DNA from: Micavibrio sp.
GTDB taxonomy: Bacteria > Pseudomonadota > Alphaproteobacteria > Micavibrionales > UBA9664
Assembly (NCBI GenBank): GCA_002699085.1
Contig: PAAR01000009.1
Span: 7,725 to 71,724, forward strand
Length of the DNA: 64,000 nt
Reading direction: 5' to 3'
Position numbers and translations under genes: made by a program. Under the pieces are notes generated by a model that was not told the DNA's origin, ran no database searches, and saw nothing but the letters and a program-made list of their open reading frames with translations. Positions 20,414-30,370 of the stretch are shown in pieces (position 1 is the first letter of the stretch; each line of letters starts with the position of its first letter).

Positions 20414-21925
20414 ATGCGTTTATTTAAAGCCCTTGCCACTGTTTCTCTTTTGACGAGCCTTAGCCGTATCGGCGGGTTTATCCGTGATATTATTATGGCG
20501 GCGGTTTTGGGGGCTGGACCTGTGGCCGATGCATTCTTTATTGCGCTTAAAATGCCGAATATGTTTCGCCGTATTACGGCAGAGGGCGCTTTAACAGTTG
20601 CTTTTGTCCCGACTTATACAGAAAAGCAGGAACGGGAAGGTCAAGACAGTGCCTCCGATTATGCAGGGACTGTTGCGGGTGTGTTATCCGCTGTACTTAT
20701 TCCTTTTAGTATTCTTATTATCTGGTTGATGCCTTATGTGATGGGCTTGCTTGCGCCTGGTTTTGAAATAGGGGAAACACGCTATACATATGGCGTTGAG
20801 TTCTCTCGTATTACCTTTTTCTATCTGACGTTGATGTCTTTAGCGGCGTTGATGGGAGGGGTTATGAATGCGCATAATCGCTTCGTACCGTTTGCCGCTG
20901 CACCTGTGCTGTTTAATGTATGTTTGATTGGCGGTTTATTGATAAGTGGCTATTTTGATACGGTGGGCCATGCCTTGTCTTGGGCAGTGTTATTTTCAGG
21001 GGTGCTACAATTTATCTTTTTATGGGTCTGCATGAAAGCCTATAAGATAAGATTTAACTTTAAAAAACCTATCTTTAATTCTGATATTAAAAAACTTTTT
21101 AAACTTATGGGGCCTGGTGTTGTCGGTGCAGGGGTGGCACAGATCAATTTATTTGTGGATGTGATTTTAGCCTCACTTTTACCTGCGGGTGCGATCTCCG
21201 CTCTTTATTACGCTGATAGGCTTAATCAACTACCTTTGGGGATAGTCGGTGTTGCAATAGGCACGGCTTTATTGCCAATGATGGCTCGTGCCGTGAGCGC
21301 AAATGACACACAGCGTGCGTCACAATTATTTTTTAAATCACTGTTTTTTGGATTACTTCTCGCTTTACCAGCAGCGGTCGCACTGGGCTGCATCTCTAAC
21401 ACATTAATTGGTGGGTTGTTTGAGCGTGGTGAATTTACCGCTGACAATACTGCATTGACCGCTAATGTTTTGAAAGCCTATGCGATTGGACTACCTGCTT
21501 TTATCCTAACTAAAGTCTATGCGACATTTTATTTTTCACGCCAAGACACGATAACACCCGTTAAAATATCAGCTGTAACAACGATTTTAAATACATTGAT
21601 GAGTTTAGCGGCTATCAACTATTTAGGCATTATCGGGATTGCCTTGGCAACCTCTGTAGCAATGTGGATACAGATATTTATCTATGTGTTTATCACACGC
21701 CACGAAATCATTTTGCAGCCGACTGAGACTAAAAAAATATTGGCTACAGTCCTCTGTGCTGGATTAATGGGTGCGTGCTTATTGCTTGGCAATTATATGA
21801 TCGTGATGCCTATTTTAGTGAAAATGTTTGTTTTGGTCGCTATCGGCATTGCTAGTTACACATTTTTTGTTTTCATCACGGGCGTTTTTTCTATAAAAGA
21901 AATAAAAAACTATTTAAAGAAGTAA
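20414..21925 (+). CDS. murJ: Lipid II flippase MurJ (MviN)
   Basis: About 500-aa polytopic MOP-family protein. The N-terminus MRLFKALATVSLLTSLSRIGGFIRD is typical of MurJ. ATG 20414 preferred over the upstream TTG 20396. Confidence 0.9.
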   Translation: MRLFKALATVSLLTSLSRIGGFIRDIIMAAVLGAGPVADAFFIALKMPNMFRRITAEGALTVAFVPTYTEKQEREGQDSASDYAGTVAGVLSAVLIPFSILIIWLMPYVMGLLAPGFEIGETRYTYGVEFSRITFFYLTLMSLAALMGGVMNAHNRFVPFAAAPVLFNVCLIGGLLISGYFDTVGHALSWAVLFSGVLQFIFLWVCMKAYKIRFNFKKPIFNSDIKKLFKLMGPGVVGAGVAQINLFVDVILASLLPAGAISALYYADRLNQLPLGIVGVAIGTALLPMMARAVSANDTQRASQLFFKSLFFGLLLALPAAVALGCISNTLIGGLFERGEFTADNTALTANVLKAYAIGLPAFILTKVYATFYFSRQDTITPVKISAVTTILNTLMSLAAINYLGIIGIALATSVAMWIQIFIYVFITRHEIILQPTETKKILATVLCAGLMGACLLLGNYMIVMPILVKMFVLVAIGIASYTFFVFITGVFSIKEIKNYLKK

Positions 21926-21934
21926 GTTATCAAA

Positions 21935-22942
21935 ATGAGTAAGAAGCGTATCCTTTCCTGCATGCAACCAACGAACCAGCTTCATCTGGGGAATTACCTT
22001 GGTGCGCTTAAAAACTGGGTAAAGCTTCAAGAAGAGCAATGTGAGTTCAATCTATACGGGATTGTTGATTTGCATGCGATTACACAACCTTACGATGCAG
22101 CAGGTTTAAAAGCAGCGACACAAGAAATAGCTGCGGCTTATATTGCTGGCGGCATTGATGTCTCTAAATCGATTTTATTCGTGCAGTCGGCTGTGCCTGA
22201 ACATAGCCAGCTTAACTGGTTGCTAACGACCATGACTCAAGTCGGCAAGCTTGATCGCATGACTCAGTTTAAAGACAAGGCAGGTAAGAACAAAGAAAAG
22301 GCGGGTCTTGGTCTTTACGCATACCCAGTTTTGATGGCGGCAGATATCCTTGTTTATAAGGCAACGCATGTGCCTGTAGGTGATGACCAAAAACAGCATT
22401 TGGAATTGGCACGTGATATAGCGGCGACCTTTAACCACCGTTATGGTCAAGAGTATTTCCCAATGCCTGAGACAATTGCTGTTGGGGCTGGTACACGGGT
22501 AATGTCTTTGCGGGATGGAGCTCAAAAAATGTCTAAATCAGCGGAAAGTGATATGAGCCGTATTAATTTAACAGATGACGCTGAAACCATTTCTAAAAAG
22601 ATTAAAAAAGCTAAAACTGATCCTGATGCATTACCGTCTGATATTAAAGGACTGGACAATCGTCCAGAGGCAGCGAATTTGGTTAATATCTATGCAGGCT
22701 TAAATGATATCAGTGCAGAGGCTGTGCTGAAAGAATTTGGTGGTGCAGAATTTTCTAAATTCAAGCCGGCTTTGGCGGATTTAGCTGTAGCAAAATTATC
22801 ACCGATCAGCACAGAGATGACACGATTATTAAATGATCGTGCAGAGATTGATGCTATATTGCGCAAAGGGTCTGAAAAGGCACGTGCTTTAGCGACACCA
22901 ATTTATAAGGAAATTTTTGACATTATGGGGTTCTGGTCATGA
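21935..22942 (+). CDS. trpS: Tryptophan--tRNA ligase
   Basis: 335 aa with class-I HIGH-like (LHLGNY) and KMSKS (exact) motifs. Confidence 0.96.
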   Translation: MSKKRILSCMQPTNQLHLGNYLGALKNWVKLQEEQCEFNLYGIVDLHAITQPYDAAGLKAATQEIAAAYIAGGIDVSKSILFVQSAVPEHSQLNWLLTTMTQVGKLDRMTQFKDKAGKNKEKAGLGLYAYPVLMAADILVYKATHVPVGDDQKQHLELARDIAATFNHRYGQEYFPMPETIAVGAGTRVMSLRDGAQKMSKSAESDMSRINLTDDAETISKKIKKAKTDPDALPSDIKGLDNRPEAANLVNIYAGLNDISAEAVLKEFGGAEFSKFKPALADLAVAKLSPISTEMTRLLNDRAEIDAILRKGSEKARALATPIYKEIFDIMGFWS

Positions 22943-23583
22943 GATATTTGTTTTTAGTCTTTTTATTGGCATGGTCATTACCTGCTCAGGCAGAAGTCAC
23001 TGTATGGACAGACCCTGATTATGGTGTGACCATGACTTATCCAGATGGTTGGATGAAACAAGTTGTCAGTCATACAGGCGACCGTTTAGAAATTGTCGCT
23101 CCCGCAGCGCAAGATTTTGCACAATGTAAGTTAAGCATCGAGCAAGATGGACGCTTTAAAATTTTTCCATCTAAATATTTAAAGGACATTGTGACACGTG
23201 AATTGGGTGAAGTCTTTTGGCAGGATCAATTGGCTAATCATAAAAATAATCGTATTACCTATTTGGCTGAAGGTGGCGGTTTAGGGAATGGCTTTGCGAC
23301 TTTCGTTGATTTTGATTATCAAGGTGAGTTCATGGGTAAAAAACGATCTATGCGTGGTGTAGCCTATGCAACAATTTATCATGATATGCGTGTTGTCGCT
23401 GAATGTTCGGCGGATGTGCGTAACTATGCGGCTTGGTATCCAGTATTTACCAATATGATGGCGTCGATTACTTTTGAGCCAGCTTTTGCAGGTCGCCCAT
23501 ATGGTGCATATCGCAATTTCCTTCTTGATACACCGATCTATATTCCTGAAGATGCAAGCAAGAAGAGCATAGGAGCTTATTAA
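22939..23583 (+). CDS. Secreted protein of unknown function
   Basis: 214 aa. ATGA overlap with the trpS stop. Signal peptide ends PAQA-EV. No family recognised. Confidence 0.6.
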   Translation: MRYLFLVFLLAWSLPAQAEVTVWTDPDYGVTMTYPDGWMKQVVSHTGDRLEIVAPAAQDFAQCKLSIEQDGRFKIFPSKYLKDIVTRELGEVFWQDQLANHKNNRITYLAEGGGLGNGFATFVDFDYQGEFMGKKRSMRGVAYATIYHDMRVVAECSADVRNYAAWYPVFTNMMASITFEPAFAGRPYGAYRNFLLDTPIYIPEDASKKSIGAY

Positions 23584-23592
23584 TTTCAATCT

Positions 23593-23646
23593 GCTTCCCC
23601 TGTGAAAACGGGGGTCTTATAAGATTCCCGCTTTTGCGGGAAAAGC
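23593..23646. repeat. REP-like double-hairpin element, divergent copy 2
   Basis: gctt[CCCCTGT-gaaa-ACGGGGG]tcttataagat[TCCCGC-tttt-GCGGGA]aaagc. Same two hairpin types as copies 1 and 3, but with a different outer stem and linker. Confidence 0.6.
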
Positions 23647-23665
23647 ACTAAACGGAAAGTAAAAA

Positions 23666-24226
23666 ATGTTTATTCAGACAGAAGATACACCAAACCCAGC
23701 AACAATAAAATTTTTGCCAGGGCAAACAGTTATGGAAGAGGGTACGGCCGAGTTTAAATCTGCGAATGAGGCTGGGTCGTCGGCTTTGGCGCGGCAATTA
23801 TTTTTGACTCAAGGTGTTAAAACAGTGTTCTTCTCAGGTGATTACATCTCTGTGACAAAGACAGATGATAAAGACTGGTCGATCTTAAAGCCGCGCATAT
23901 TGGCGACCATTATGGATCATTATATGACAGGTCTTCCAGTGATTGATCTTGAGGCTTACCAGAAAGCCAATCAAAAAGATGACGGTGTGACCTCTGAAAT
24001 TGAAAAACAGATTATCGAGATTCTTGATACACGTGTTCGTCCAGCCGTAGCACAAGATGGCGGTGACATTGAATTTGATCGTTTTGATGGCGGCGTTGTT
24101 TATCTTCACATGCGTGGAGCTTGCTCAGGCTGCCCAAGTTCGACAGCAACGCTTAAAATGGGTATTGAGAATATGCTCAAACATTTTATTCCTGAAGTTC
24201 AGGAAGTGCGTCCTGTTGCAGCGTAA
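23666..24226 (+). CDS. NifU-family Fe-S cluster protein (Nfu_N + NifU C-terminal domain)
   Basis: 186 aa. MFIQTEDTPNPATIKFLPG is an Nfu N-domain start. C-terminal GACSGCPSS is the CxxC motif. Confidence 0.9.
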   Translation: MFIQTEDTPNPATIKFLPGQTVMEEGTAEFKSANEAGSSALARQLFLTQGVKTVFFSGDYISVTKTDDKDWSILKPRILATIMDHYMTGLPVIDLEAYQKANQKDDGVTSEIEKQIIEILDTRVRPAVAQDGGDIEFDRFDGGVVYLHMRGACSGCPSSTATLKMGIENMLKHFIPEVQEVRPVAA

Positions 24227-25229
24227 ATAAACGCCCAAACCATAGGTATTTATTGTCTTTTGTTGGCGCTGTGCAGTTTAAGCGTACACGGTTATCATTT
24301 AAGCTCTCGGATAAGCGTATTTCTACACGATTATTATCTAAAATTGTTAAGGGCACTTCGCCTTGCCCTGAAATATAGCAGCGTATTTGTTTAGTGTATT
24401 GTGGGTCTTGCACCGTAAAGCCAAAACTAGGCGTGGTTGAAGATAAGGCAGGATTTGTTGGGCTAATAGCTTTAACAGGTAGAGGTTTTGTGTTGATGAT
24501 TAATCTAAAACGGTCAGGATTGGCAAACTCCTCACTCATCGCATAACGAGGCAAAGCGAATAAATCAGAGCCGCTATAAGCAGGACTGGAGTGCATGGCG
24601 ACAGCCGCCTCAAAATGCTGTTCTTTCACGATTGTTTGGTAAAGATCGTTATATTCACCGAATGGGTAAGCAAAATATTGCGGTTCTTCTTTAAAAATCT
24701 TCCTGTAAATTGTTTTGCTGTCATTAATGCTTGCCCGTATCGCTTCTTCGTTGTTTAAACGAGCATAATTATAGGCTGTTAGGGCAAATGTTACATTGCT
24801 AAATTTGCTGTGCATACGCTTCAAACTTTCAATGCTTAAATATTGTGCGGAATCTCTTGAAACAGCGCCAAGGCTTAAAAATAAAGTGAAAGGAATATCT
24901 TTTTCTAATAATTTTATCAGAGCAGGTTCAGTGGAGGCATAACCAGCATCAAATGTGATGACGACAGATTTTTTTGGTAAGGGTGTCTTTGTTTTTATGG
25001 CATTTACGAGTATGGGAAGACCAATTATTTTAAATCCTTCATCTTGCAATATATCAATTTGGCTCAGAAATTGATCGAGCTGTGTGTTGGTGTCTGTATA
25101 GGTTTCCTCATCAATACGTTGGTAGCTTAAAATAATAGCTGAGCTAGTATCTATAGTTTGCGCCTTTGCTACTGCTGGTTTTATAAGCAATGAAAGAAAT
25201 ATAGCTAAAAATAAAATAACGATACGCAT
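24186..25229 (-). CDS. Polysaccharide deacetylase (NodB-fold)-like exported protein, catalytic motifs degenerate
   Basis: 347 aa with a signal peptide. ILSYQRI and VVITFDAGYAS resemble NodB motifs but with substitutions. Convergent 41-nt overlap with the NifU-like gene. Confidence 0.55.
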   Translation of the reverse strand: MRIVILFLAIFLSLLIKPAVAKAQTIDTSSAIILSYQRIDEETYTDTNTQLDQFLSQIDILQDEGFKIIGLPILVNAIKTKTPLPKKSVVITFDAGYASTEPALIKLLEKDIPFTLFLSLGAVSRDSAQYLSIESLKRMHSKFSNVTFALTAYNYARLNNEEAIRASINDSKTIYRKIFKEEPQYFAYPFGEYNDLYQTIVKEQHFEAAVAMHSSPAYSGSDLFALPRYAMSEEFANPDRFRLIINTKPLPVKAISPTNPALSSTTPSFGFTVQDPQYTKQIRCYISGQGEVPLTILDNNRVEIRLSESLNDNRVRLNCTAPTKDNKYLWFGRLFTLQQDALPELQE

Positions 25230-25283
25230 TGATTTTAAAATAAGTCTTATTACTTAACTTACAATGATTATTTAAGGAGATTT

Positions 25284-25865
25284 ATGCTAGCAGAGAAAGA
25301 TTTTGATTTATTATTTAATAAAGCCCGTACATATAATGGGTGGAAAGACAAGCCTGTCACGAAAGATCAGATAGAAAAAATCTATGATCTTGTGAAGATG
25401 GCGCCGACTTCAGCTAATTGTTCGCCTGCACGGTTTCTATTTTTGACAACAGATGAGGCGAAAGCACGCTTAAAACCTTATTTAGATGAAGGAAATGTTA
25501 AAAAAACGATGGCGGCACCTGTGGTGACTATTATTGGCCATGATATGGAATTTTACGAGAAGTTACCAAAGTTATTTCCACATACTGATGCAAAATCGTG
25601 GTTTGTTGGTAATGATGACCTCATAAAACAAACAGCGTTTAGAAATGGTACTTTGCAAGGGGCCTATTTAATTATGGCGATCCGTGCATTGGGATTAGAT
25701 GCTGGGCCGATGTCTGGTTTCGATCAAGAGGGCGTCAATAAAGAGTTTTTCGCTGGTACATCTGTGAAAGCTAATTTCTTGTGCAGTATCGGCCATGGTG
25801 ATCCAGAGAGTTTATATCCACGGGCACCACGTTTAGATTTTGACGAGGCTGCTGAAATCCTGTAA
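25284..25865 (+). CDS. Nitroreductase-family protein (malonic semialdehyde reductase RutE-like)
   Basis: 193 aa. [12 protein letters not shown]...[15 protein letters not shown] closely follows the RutE/YdjA-type nitroreductase pattern. Confidence 0.8.
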   Translation: MLAEKDFDLLFNKARTYNGWKDKPVTKDQIEKIYDLVKMAPTSANCSPARFLFLTTDEAKARLKPYLDEGNVKKTMAAPVVTIIGHDMEFYEKLPKLFPHTDAKSWFVGNDDLIKQTAFRNGTLQGAYLIMAIRALGLDAGPMSGFDQEGVNKEFFAGTSVKANFLCSIGHGDPESLYPRAPRLDFDEAAEIL

Positions 25866-25874
25866 GTCAGGATA

Positions 25875-26582
25875 ATGCGATCTAATGATAATTTCCTCGT
25901 AATCGACACGGCCTATAGTGGTTTTACTATAGGGTTGAGTTGTTCTGGGCAAACTTTTGTCTACCAAGAAGAAACATCAAGGGATCAAGCGACTAATTTA
26001 TTGCCTCAAATTGATGCACTTTTAGAGAGTGCATTGCTCAATAAATCTGCGCTAAATTTTATCGTTGTTTCAAGAGGACCTGGAAGTTTTACAGGTATTC
26101 GTTTGGGCATTGCTGCAGCACAGGCTATAGGGTTAGCTCTTAATATACCAGTGTACGGCGTTAGTGTTTTTGATGTGCTCAACTACAGTGTGCAAAAGTC
26201 GTTAAAACCAAATGAGAATTACTTTTTAGTCATGGAAACGTATAAAGATTATTACTATGTACAGTTTTACAATCAGGCTAATAAAGACCCCTCAAAAATT
26301 TCTTTTTTAAATAAGGAACAAATAAGTGAAATAATCGTTAGTGATTGTATGAGACATTATTTTGGAAATACGCATTTAGAATTTGTTGAGGCTTTGCAAG
26401 AAAAACAAGGTGTTAAGGTGGTGTCAGGAAATAATTACCCAAAAATTTCAGGGGATGATTTCATTGAATATGTAACAAGCCTTGATTTTAAGAATAATGA
26501 ACAATATTGTGTGTTAGACCCAATTTATTTGCGGCCTGCAGATGTATCTCAGCCTAAGAAAAAACAACGGGTGTTGATCTAA
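25875..26582 (+). CDS. tsaB: tRNA t6A37 threonylcarbamoyltransferase complex dimerisation subunit TsaB
   Basis: 235 aa with FLVIDTA...GPGSFTGIRLGIAAAQ, typical of TsaB (YeaZ). Confidence 0.85.
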   Translation: MRSNDNFLVIDTAYSGFTIGLSCSGQTFVYQEETSRDQATNLLPQIDALLESALLNKSALNFIVVSRGPGSFTGIRLGIAAAQAIGLALNIPVYGVSVFDVLNYSVQKSLKPNENYFLVMETYKDYYYVQFYNQANKDPSKISFLNKEQISEIIVSDCMRHYFGNTHLEFVEALQEKQGVKVVSGNNYPKISGDDFIEYVTSLDFKNNEQYCVLDPIYLRPADVSQPKKKQRVLI

Positions 26583-26624
26583 AAACCTTAATAATAACAA
26601 TAAAAAAAAGAAAGAAGGTTCAAA

Positions 26625-27011
26625 ATGTCTGGCAATGAAATCTTAACATTAACAACTGAAATCGTTTCGGCGCATTTAGCGAATAATAACGTGAATACCG
26701 ATGATATCCCCGCACTTATCCGTAAAGTTCACGAAACAATGCTGCAATTACAGCATGAAAAAGAGATTCATGGCACGACATTGACACCATCAGTACCTGT
26801 TAAGAAATCTATCACGCCTGATTATCTGATTTGTTTGGATGATGGAAAACAGTTGAAAATGCTTAAACGTCACTTAAAAACAGCTTATGGCATGACTCCT
26901 GATGATTATCGTACAAAATGGAATCTGCCTGCTGATTATCCAATGGTTGCCCCTAATTATGCGAAAAAACGCTCTAAATTAGCGAAAGAAATTGGCCTAG
27001 GGAAAAGATAA
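26625..27011 (+). CDS. mucR: MucR/Ros family zinc-finger transcriptional regulator
   Basis: 128 aa. ITPDYLICLDDGKQLKMLKRHLKTAYGMTPDDYRTKWNLP is the Ros/MucR core. Confidence 0.92.
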   Translation: MSGNEILTLTTEIVSAHLANNNVNTDDIPALIRKVHETMLQLQHEKEIHGTTLTPSVPVKKSITPDYLICLDDGKQLKMLKRHLKTAYGMTPDDYRTKWNLPADYPMVAPNYAKKRSKLAKEIGLGKR

Positions 27012-27015
27012 GCTT

Positions 27016-27510
27016 TTAGGCTTTTCCTTCTGAATCGGTTAGTGCCAAGAAGATTTTGTCTTTATCATTCACATCGCATTTTTGAATCATGAAAAAGATC
27101 GTGTAAAAACGATCGCATTCTGTGCGTGTGGTTTGGATGAGCTGCTCAATATGCTCGAGATAGGCTGTAAGTAAAGTGTGTTTGAAAGTCACCTTGCTTT
27201 GTTCCGAATAGACAAAATGTCCTAACCACAAACGTGTGTTAATGTCCATCAATGTTGAGGGGATATAGCCTTCAGAAACATCGTCAAAAGCAATGTTTAA
27301 GGCCGTTTCCATGAGAAGGCTGTTGCTTTGTTCGTTCCAAATTAGGTTAATGCTGTAGGTCTGGAACTGTCCTTGTACTGTAACGATAGCCATGTTTTGC
27401 TCGATACGTTTATACTGCCAATCAAGCAAGCTGCTGAGCTCTTCTAAGCCATCCAGAGGGTGGCCTTCAAGTTCACTTTCTAACAAATTTAGATCTTCCA
27501 AATAAGACAT
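27016..27510 (-). CDS. YbjN-domain-like protein (putative sensory transduction regulator fold)
   Basis: 164-aa acidic protein. Weak pattern-level resemblance to YbjN/DUF1790 proteins found in alphaproteobacteria. Confidence 0.45.
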   Translation of the reverse strand: MSYLEDLNLLESELEGHPLDGLEELSSLLDWQYKRIEQNMAIVTVQGQFQTYSINLIWNEQSNSLLMETALNIAFDDVSEGYIPSTLMDINTRLWLGHFVYSEQSKVTFKHTLLTAYLEHIEQLIQTTRTECDRFYTIFFMIQKCDVNDKDKIFLALTDSEGKA

Positions 27511-27619
27511 GAGAAAGGCATAGCAAGAAACCTATATAGGTGGCAAGGATTCCTTTAGTAGACATCCACATAAGTTGTGGTATTTTTAATAGGTAACAGA
27601 ATCGAGAAGGAATTATCTT

Positions 27620-28609
27620 ATGATTATCATTACAGGCGGTGCCGGTTTTATTGGATCTAATCTAGCTGCGAAGCTTCAGGAAGAGGGAATCACCGATATC
27701 GTGATATGCGATATGCTCGGTAAAGATAATAAATGGAAGAATTTTGCCAAACGCGAGCTTAAAGATATTGTCCGTCCAGATGCGTTGTTTGAGTATATGA
27801 ATGGCTATAAAGATAAGATTGATGCTATTTTTCATTTAGGGGCTGTTTCTTCAACAACTGAATATGACGCCGATCTAGTCGTAAACGCTAATTTTGTGTT
27901 CTCACGTAATTTGTGGAAATGGGCTGCTAATAATGACGTGCCACTTTTCTATGCGTCGTCTTATGCGACGTATGGTGACGGTTCTGCGGGCTTTGAAGAT
28001 GATGATACACCTGAAGGTTTGGAAAAATTACTGCCGCTTAATCCTTTTGGCTGGAGTAAACACCTATTTGATCGTCGTATTGCCCGTATTGCCCAAGATA
28101 AAACTGAAAAAATGCCACCACAATGGGCTGGCCTGAAATTTTTTAATGCTTATGGGCCGAATGAATATCATATGGGCTCGCAGCAAAGTGTTGTTTCGAC
28201 ATTATATCCGCAAATCACTGTGGGGGCCTCAGCAAAGCTATTTAAATCGTATAATCCAGAGTACAAAGACGGTGAGCAAAAACGTGATTTTGTTTATGTC
28301 AGAGACATTGTTGATGTTTTATATTGGTTTTATAAAGAAAAGCCTAAAAGCGGCATTTATAATATTGGAACTGGTGAGGCACGAAGCTTTAATGATCTTG
28401 CAAATGCCATTTTTGGCGCTGTTAAAATGGAGCCTAAAATATCTTATATAGATATGCCAGACACCTTACGTGATAAATACCAATACATCACTGAAGCCTC
28501 GAACGCTAAATTAAAAGCGGCAGGCTATGATAAGCCATTTACATCATTAGAAGATGGGGTAAAGGACTATATTGACAATTACTTGTCACAAAAAGATCAG
28601 TACAGATAA
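27620..28609 (+). CDS. hldD: ADP-L-glycero-D-manno-heptose 6-epimerase
   Basis: 329 aa. Has the GGAGFIGSN Rossmann motif, YASSYATYG and FNAYGPNEYHMG, as in HldD/RfaD. Confidence 0.9.
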   Translation: MIIITGGAGFIGSNLAAKLQEEGITDIVICDMLGKDNKWKNFAKRELKDIVRPDALFEYMNGYKDKIDAIFHLGAVSSTTEYDADLVVNANFVFSRNLWKWAANNDVPLFYASSYATYGDGSAGFEDDDTPEGLEKLLPLNPFGWSKHLFDRRIARIAQDKTEKMPPQWAGLKFFNAYGPNEYHMGSQQSVVSTLYPQITVGASAKLFKSYNPEYKDGEQKRDFVYVRDIVDVLYWFYKEKPKSGIYNIGTGEARSFNDLANAIFGAVKMEPKISYIDMPDTLRDKYQYITEASNAKLKAAGYDKPFTSLEDGVKDYIDNYLSQKDQYR

Positions 28610-29406
28610 TGGCGTTAGACTTTCCTAATATAAACCCTATTGCTTTGTCCTTAGGCCCATTGGTTATTCGTTGGTATGCGCTTGCTTATTTGGCAGGGTT
28701 TTTGGGCGGATTATTTTGTGCGAAACGTTTGGCTGGTTATACGCCTGATACACGGCCAACGAAAGATGATGTTGATGATGTCCTGACTTGGATGATTGTG
28801 GCAGTCATAGTAGGTGGTCGCTTAGGTTATGTATTATTTTACAACCCAGCTTTTTATCTGTCCCATCCCGTTGAAATTTTCAAATTATGGGAAGGCGGCA
28901 TGGCATTTCATGGCGGCCTCATAGGGGCAATTACCGCCTTGATTGGTTTTGCGTGGCGACAAGGAATCCCTTTATTTAAGCTGACAGATATCATTGCTGT
29001 CGTAACGCCAATAGGTTTGTTTTTTGGCCGTTTAGCAAATTTTGTAAATGGCGAGCTATATGGCCGTATTACAACGCATTCATGGGGGATGGTTTTTCCA
29101 ACAGCACCTGATACATTACCTCGCCATCCAAGTCAGCTTTATGAGTCTTTCTTTGAAGGCTTTGTACTGTTTGTTATCTTAATGGTGCTATATCGGGTAA
29201 AGACCATTAGAGAACGAGCAGGGATTGTGTCGGGTGTGTTTCTATTAGGTTATGCATTCTTCCGTTTTATGATTGAATATGTCCGTGAACCTGATTTGCA
29301 CTTAGGTCTTTTAAGTTTTGGACTCAGTATGGGACAGCTTTTATGCATCCCTATGGGATTAGTGGGGATCGGGATTATAGGCTATGCTCTCCGACAAAAT
29401 CGCTAA
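28609..29406 (+). CDS. lgt: Prolipoprotein diacylglyceryl transferase
   Basis: 265 aa, polytopic. IRWYALAY..., the GGRLGYVLFY motif and GMAFHGGLIG are typical of Lgt. Confidence 0.93.
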   Translation: MALDFPNINPIALSLGPLVIRWYALAYLAGFLGGLFCAKRLAGYTPDTRPTKDDVDDVLTWMIVAVIVGGRLGYVLFYNPAFYLSHPVEIFKLWEGGMAFHGGLIGAITALIGFAWRQGIPLFKLTDIIAVVTPIGLFFGRLANFVNGELYGRITTHSWGMVFPTAPDTLPRHPSQLYESFFEGFVLFVILMVLYRVKTIRERAGIVSGVFLLGYAFFRFMIEYVREPDLHLGLLSFGLSMGQLLCIPMGLVGIGIIGYALRQNR

Positions 29407-30370
29407 TCAAATAAGGCAATTAGGTCCTATCAGCATTGCTGATTTCATGGGGCAGGTAGCGTATTATTATTACAATAGTAAAGACCCTTTTGGCGTGAAA
29501 GGGGATTTTGTTACAGCGCCTGAAGTCTCACAATTATTTGGTGAAGTATTAGGGGCATGGGTGGCTGATTGTTGGATGAAGCTTGGTGCGCCAGAGAAAT
29601 TTTTGCTTATAGAATATGGCCCAGGCCGTGGCACGCTCATGGCAGATATGCTCAGAATGATAAAACATTTGCCACCATGTTTTCAGGCATGTCATATTCA
29701 TCTTATTGAGCAGAGCTCAATCTTAAAGAATATCCAAATGCAGACATTAGAAGACTATACAGTGCATTGGCATGACAGCTTGGATGAAATTGATATTGAT
29801 GTGCCGGTTATTGTTATTGGCAATGAATTTCTAGATGCATTACCTATTCATCAGTATGAAAAAGTCGGACAAGACTGGTTTGAACGGGACATTAAGCTCA
29901 CTAATGAGGGTGAATTATCCATTGGTTTGAAACCGCTTTCATTGAAAGTGGCGGATATACAAGGTTCTGGTGTTTTTGAGTTATCGCCAGCCCGTGAAGC
30001 TATTATTGAAGAGTTGTCGGCTGTTGAAGGTATTAAGCTTTTTATAGATTACGGACATTTCGAAACGTCTTTTGGTGATACCTTGCAAGCGGTCAAAAGC
30101 CATGAATATGTGGACATTTTGGATCATATAGGTGAGGCGGATATTACATCTCATGTTGATTTTGAAGCATTGAGCATGGCAGCACAGGGGCATATATATC
30201 CTTTTATAACCCAAGGTGAGTTTTTACAAAATTTGGGGATTATTGAACGTGCTCGTAAGATTGGCGCCGAAGATGGCTGGCAGCGATTGATTGATGCCAA
30301 GCAAATGGGTGTTTTGTTTAAAGTCTTTTGTTTCTCTGACAAGGATTATGGTTTAGAAGGGTTTGTATGA
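29384..30370 (+). CDS. SAM-dependent methyltransferase, MidA/NDUFAF7-like (DUF185)
   Basis: 328 aa with DFVTAPEVSQLFGE and the EYGPGRGTLM SAM motif. Overlaps lgt by 23 nt. Confidence 0.8.
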   Translation: MLSDKIANQIRQLGPISIADFMGQVAYYYYNSKDPFGVKGDFVTAPEVSQLFGEVLGAWVADCWMKLGAPEKFLLIEYGPGRGTLMADMLRMIKHLPPCFQACHIHLIEQSSILKNIQMQTLEDYTVHWHDSLDEIDIDVPVIVIGNEFLDALPIHQYEKVGQDWFERDIKLTNEGELSIGLKPLSLKVADIQGSGVFELSPAREAIIEELSAVEGIKLFIDYGHFETSFGDTLQAVKSHEYVDILDHIGEADITSHVDFEALSMAAQGHIYPFITQGEFLQNLGIIERARKIGAEDGWQRLIDAKQMGVLFKVFCFSDKDYGLEGFV

